From Girardia tigrina (Eukaryota): a DNA stretch of 64,000 nucleotides. Of the stretch, positions 10,672 to 64,000 are shown piece by piece (position 1 is the stretch's first letter; every line of letters starts with the position of its first letter). The stretch spans positions 7,738 to 71,737 of the forward strand of contig MQRK01236447.1 in NCBI GenBank assembly GCA_001938485.1, in the 5' to 3' direction. A model generated the notes under the pieces. That model was not told the DNA's origin. It saw only the letters and a program-made list of their open reading frames with translations, and searched no databases. Both the position numbers and the translations under genes were made by a program.

Positions 10672-12299
10672 GGCTTGACACGCATATTTCAACACGACCT
10701 ATTTCGCTCTTTTAAACGTTAATTAAGGTTTTGTACTAATAGGATTAAATAGTAAAGGTTATTATATAATTATATAATTATAAATTACTAGATTAAGAAT
10801 TATTATCAAAATTAAAAACAAGTCAATGCTTCAAAATTTATTAAAACCACAACAGCTTAAATTTGTTACTTAAACTAATTTTCATTTTTATTTTTTACAT
10901 CAAAATAATAATTTTATTATAATATTATTATTCAAATAACCAATAATAACTAAAATAGAATTTTTAATTAAATACTGAAATTCTAGAATTATTTAATCAT
11001 GAAATATTTTTCTTAATAATCAAAAGCTATTTTTACTTAAAAATAATTAAAAATATTATTCATTTAAATACTTAAATTGCTGAGCATTTACTAAAAATAC
11101 TAAAAAAATAATTAAACTACTAATAAATTGAATTAAAAATACTGAGTATTTACTAAATTTACTGATGAATTAATTATACTTCATTTAAATACAAATGCAA
11201 TTTAATCAAGACCCATAGATTCTTTATAATTATTTCCGACCCATAATTGACTAATATAATCGCAAAGATATATTAATCCAGAGAAATATCAATTAGTGAA
11301 TGCAATGTTGAGAATTGTTGCAAATGCCATTGTAACATTAAATATCTAAAAAACCAAATTTGTGTACTTCATACTTATCAATTGGTACCAAATTGACTTA
11401 TGTAATAAAATTCTGTTGTGTAATAGTTATACGAATAAACTAAATCTTTTTCCATTCTTGTTATTAGCTTGCTTTAAATATATTTATATCCATCGAAATT
11501 AAAACTTATTTGGAGGCCCTTTACTCAATCAATTTTCTCCAAACCTTGCACACTTACTCCTTTTCGAGACAATAAATGATTATGTGAAAATTTGATCTAC
11601 AAAAACTTTTTAAGGTCTCGAAATTGGAACAAAACGGTCCTAACGGAGTTCCTGAACAATATTAGCATAAAAAGATCTACCTATAAATTATAAGTAGTTT
11701 ATATAATCTCTTTACTAATATTACCCAAAATAAATTGAAAATAAATAAAGCCCTGTACACGAATTTAAAGTCTATTTAGTAAATCAAAAAAATATTTGAT
11801 TATATCCATGCTTTATGCGGGCTGAAATCGGCTTTTGATTTTTTTAATTTTTTATTGTTTTTTGAAAATAATTTTTTAATTAAAATTTTGTTGTCAAAGT
11901 AGACTTCTGTCTGAATAAATTTTGGACATTTTTTTAATTTACCAGTTTCTTTCTTTCTTATTAGCTTTAACCATTCAATTTCCGGGCCCCCTGTACAAGG
12001 GAAACAAAGATATGACCAACATTTTTATGTTTTACACAGAAAAAAGATTTTCTTTAGTTATATGTAAATGGTCATTAAACTTCCTGAGAAAAAATACCGT
12101 CAGTGAATTCGATTCCATGATTTAAATATAGAAATCTAATTTTTGTCCCAAAATGAGAAATTAAAATCCATATATATATAATTCTTATTTTCATAAAACT
12201 AATATATATATATATATTATATTCGAACTAAATTAAAATTTTGTTTAAATTTATAAAAAATATTTTCGCACCGTTTAAAATAGCACCAATTCGTTCGTG

Positions 12300-63668
<51,369 letters not shown>

Positions 63669-63702
63669 GTTAGAAAAATGAGATATAAAATAGATAAAAA
63701 TA

Positions 63703-64000
63703 TGGATGTGCCGGAGTTGATTTTTTGAAATCCTGCCAGAGCCGGATTTTTGACGAATTGAAGTAAAGAGCTACTTATGCTAAATTAAAGAAAATTTTTA
63801 AGAATAACTGGAAATTGCACCTATTAGAAAAAGGAATTGAAAATAATAAATAATTAATAATAATTATTTGAAATATTTTATTAATTTTTTTTAAATCCAT
63901 ATTGTACTTCAAAAAAATTAGTCTTGAAACATTTTCTGGAAGGGATCTACTCCTGTGATCATTGAATGCAATATCGTTCAATGAAACGTGGGTAAGCAGT
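63703..64000 (-). mobile_element. hAT element end with a dimerisation-domain remnant
   Basis: DHRSRSLPENVSRLIFLKYN* and a GATGTGCCGG terminus-like sequence with GCCGGA subterminal repeats. Confidence 0.6.

Overview
This is an AT-rich eukaryotic (animal-like) draft scaffold with many N gaps. Positions 12300-63668 carry 18 + strand exons of a phosphorylase b kinase beta subunit gene (PHKB), which continues past the window end. Its introns are either 41-60 bp or 2-15 kb and full of mobile DNA: mariner/Tc1/IS630-like, pogo, hAT, piggyBac-like, MULE-like, Chapaev-like, Helitron, an RTE LINE and solo LTRs. The introns also hold antisense cellular-gene fragments: an in-frame PRMT1-PSMC2 chimera with a putative promoter, an AMN1-like pseudogene and a 28S rRNA fragment. 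The most unusual region is 1-8.2 kb. There a compact element carries one decayed Polinton-type protein-primed DNA polymerase between ~1.8 kb inverted repeats, with no visible integrase, ATPase or capsid gene. Its terminus starts with AG and is followed by a GC hairpin and an array of RFX X-box-like palindromes. A second, diverged copy of the same TIR with a different interior lies back-to-back. A Penelope-type minimal hammerhead ribozyme follows at 8344-8382. All assignments come from manual translation and recalled family motifs; no searches were run.
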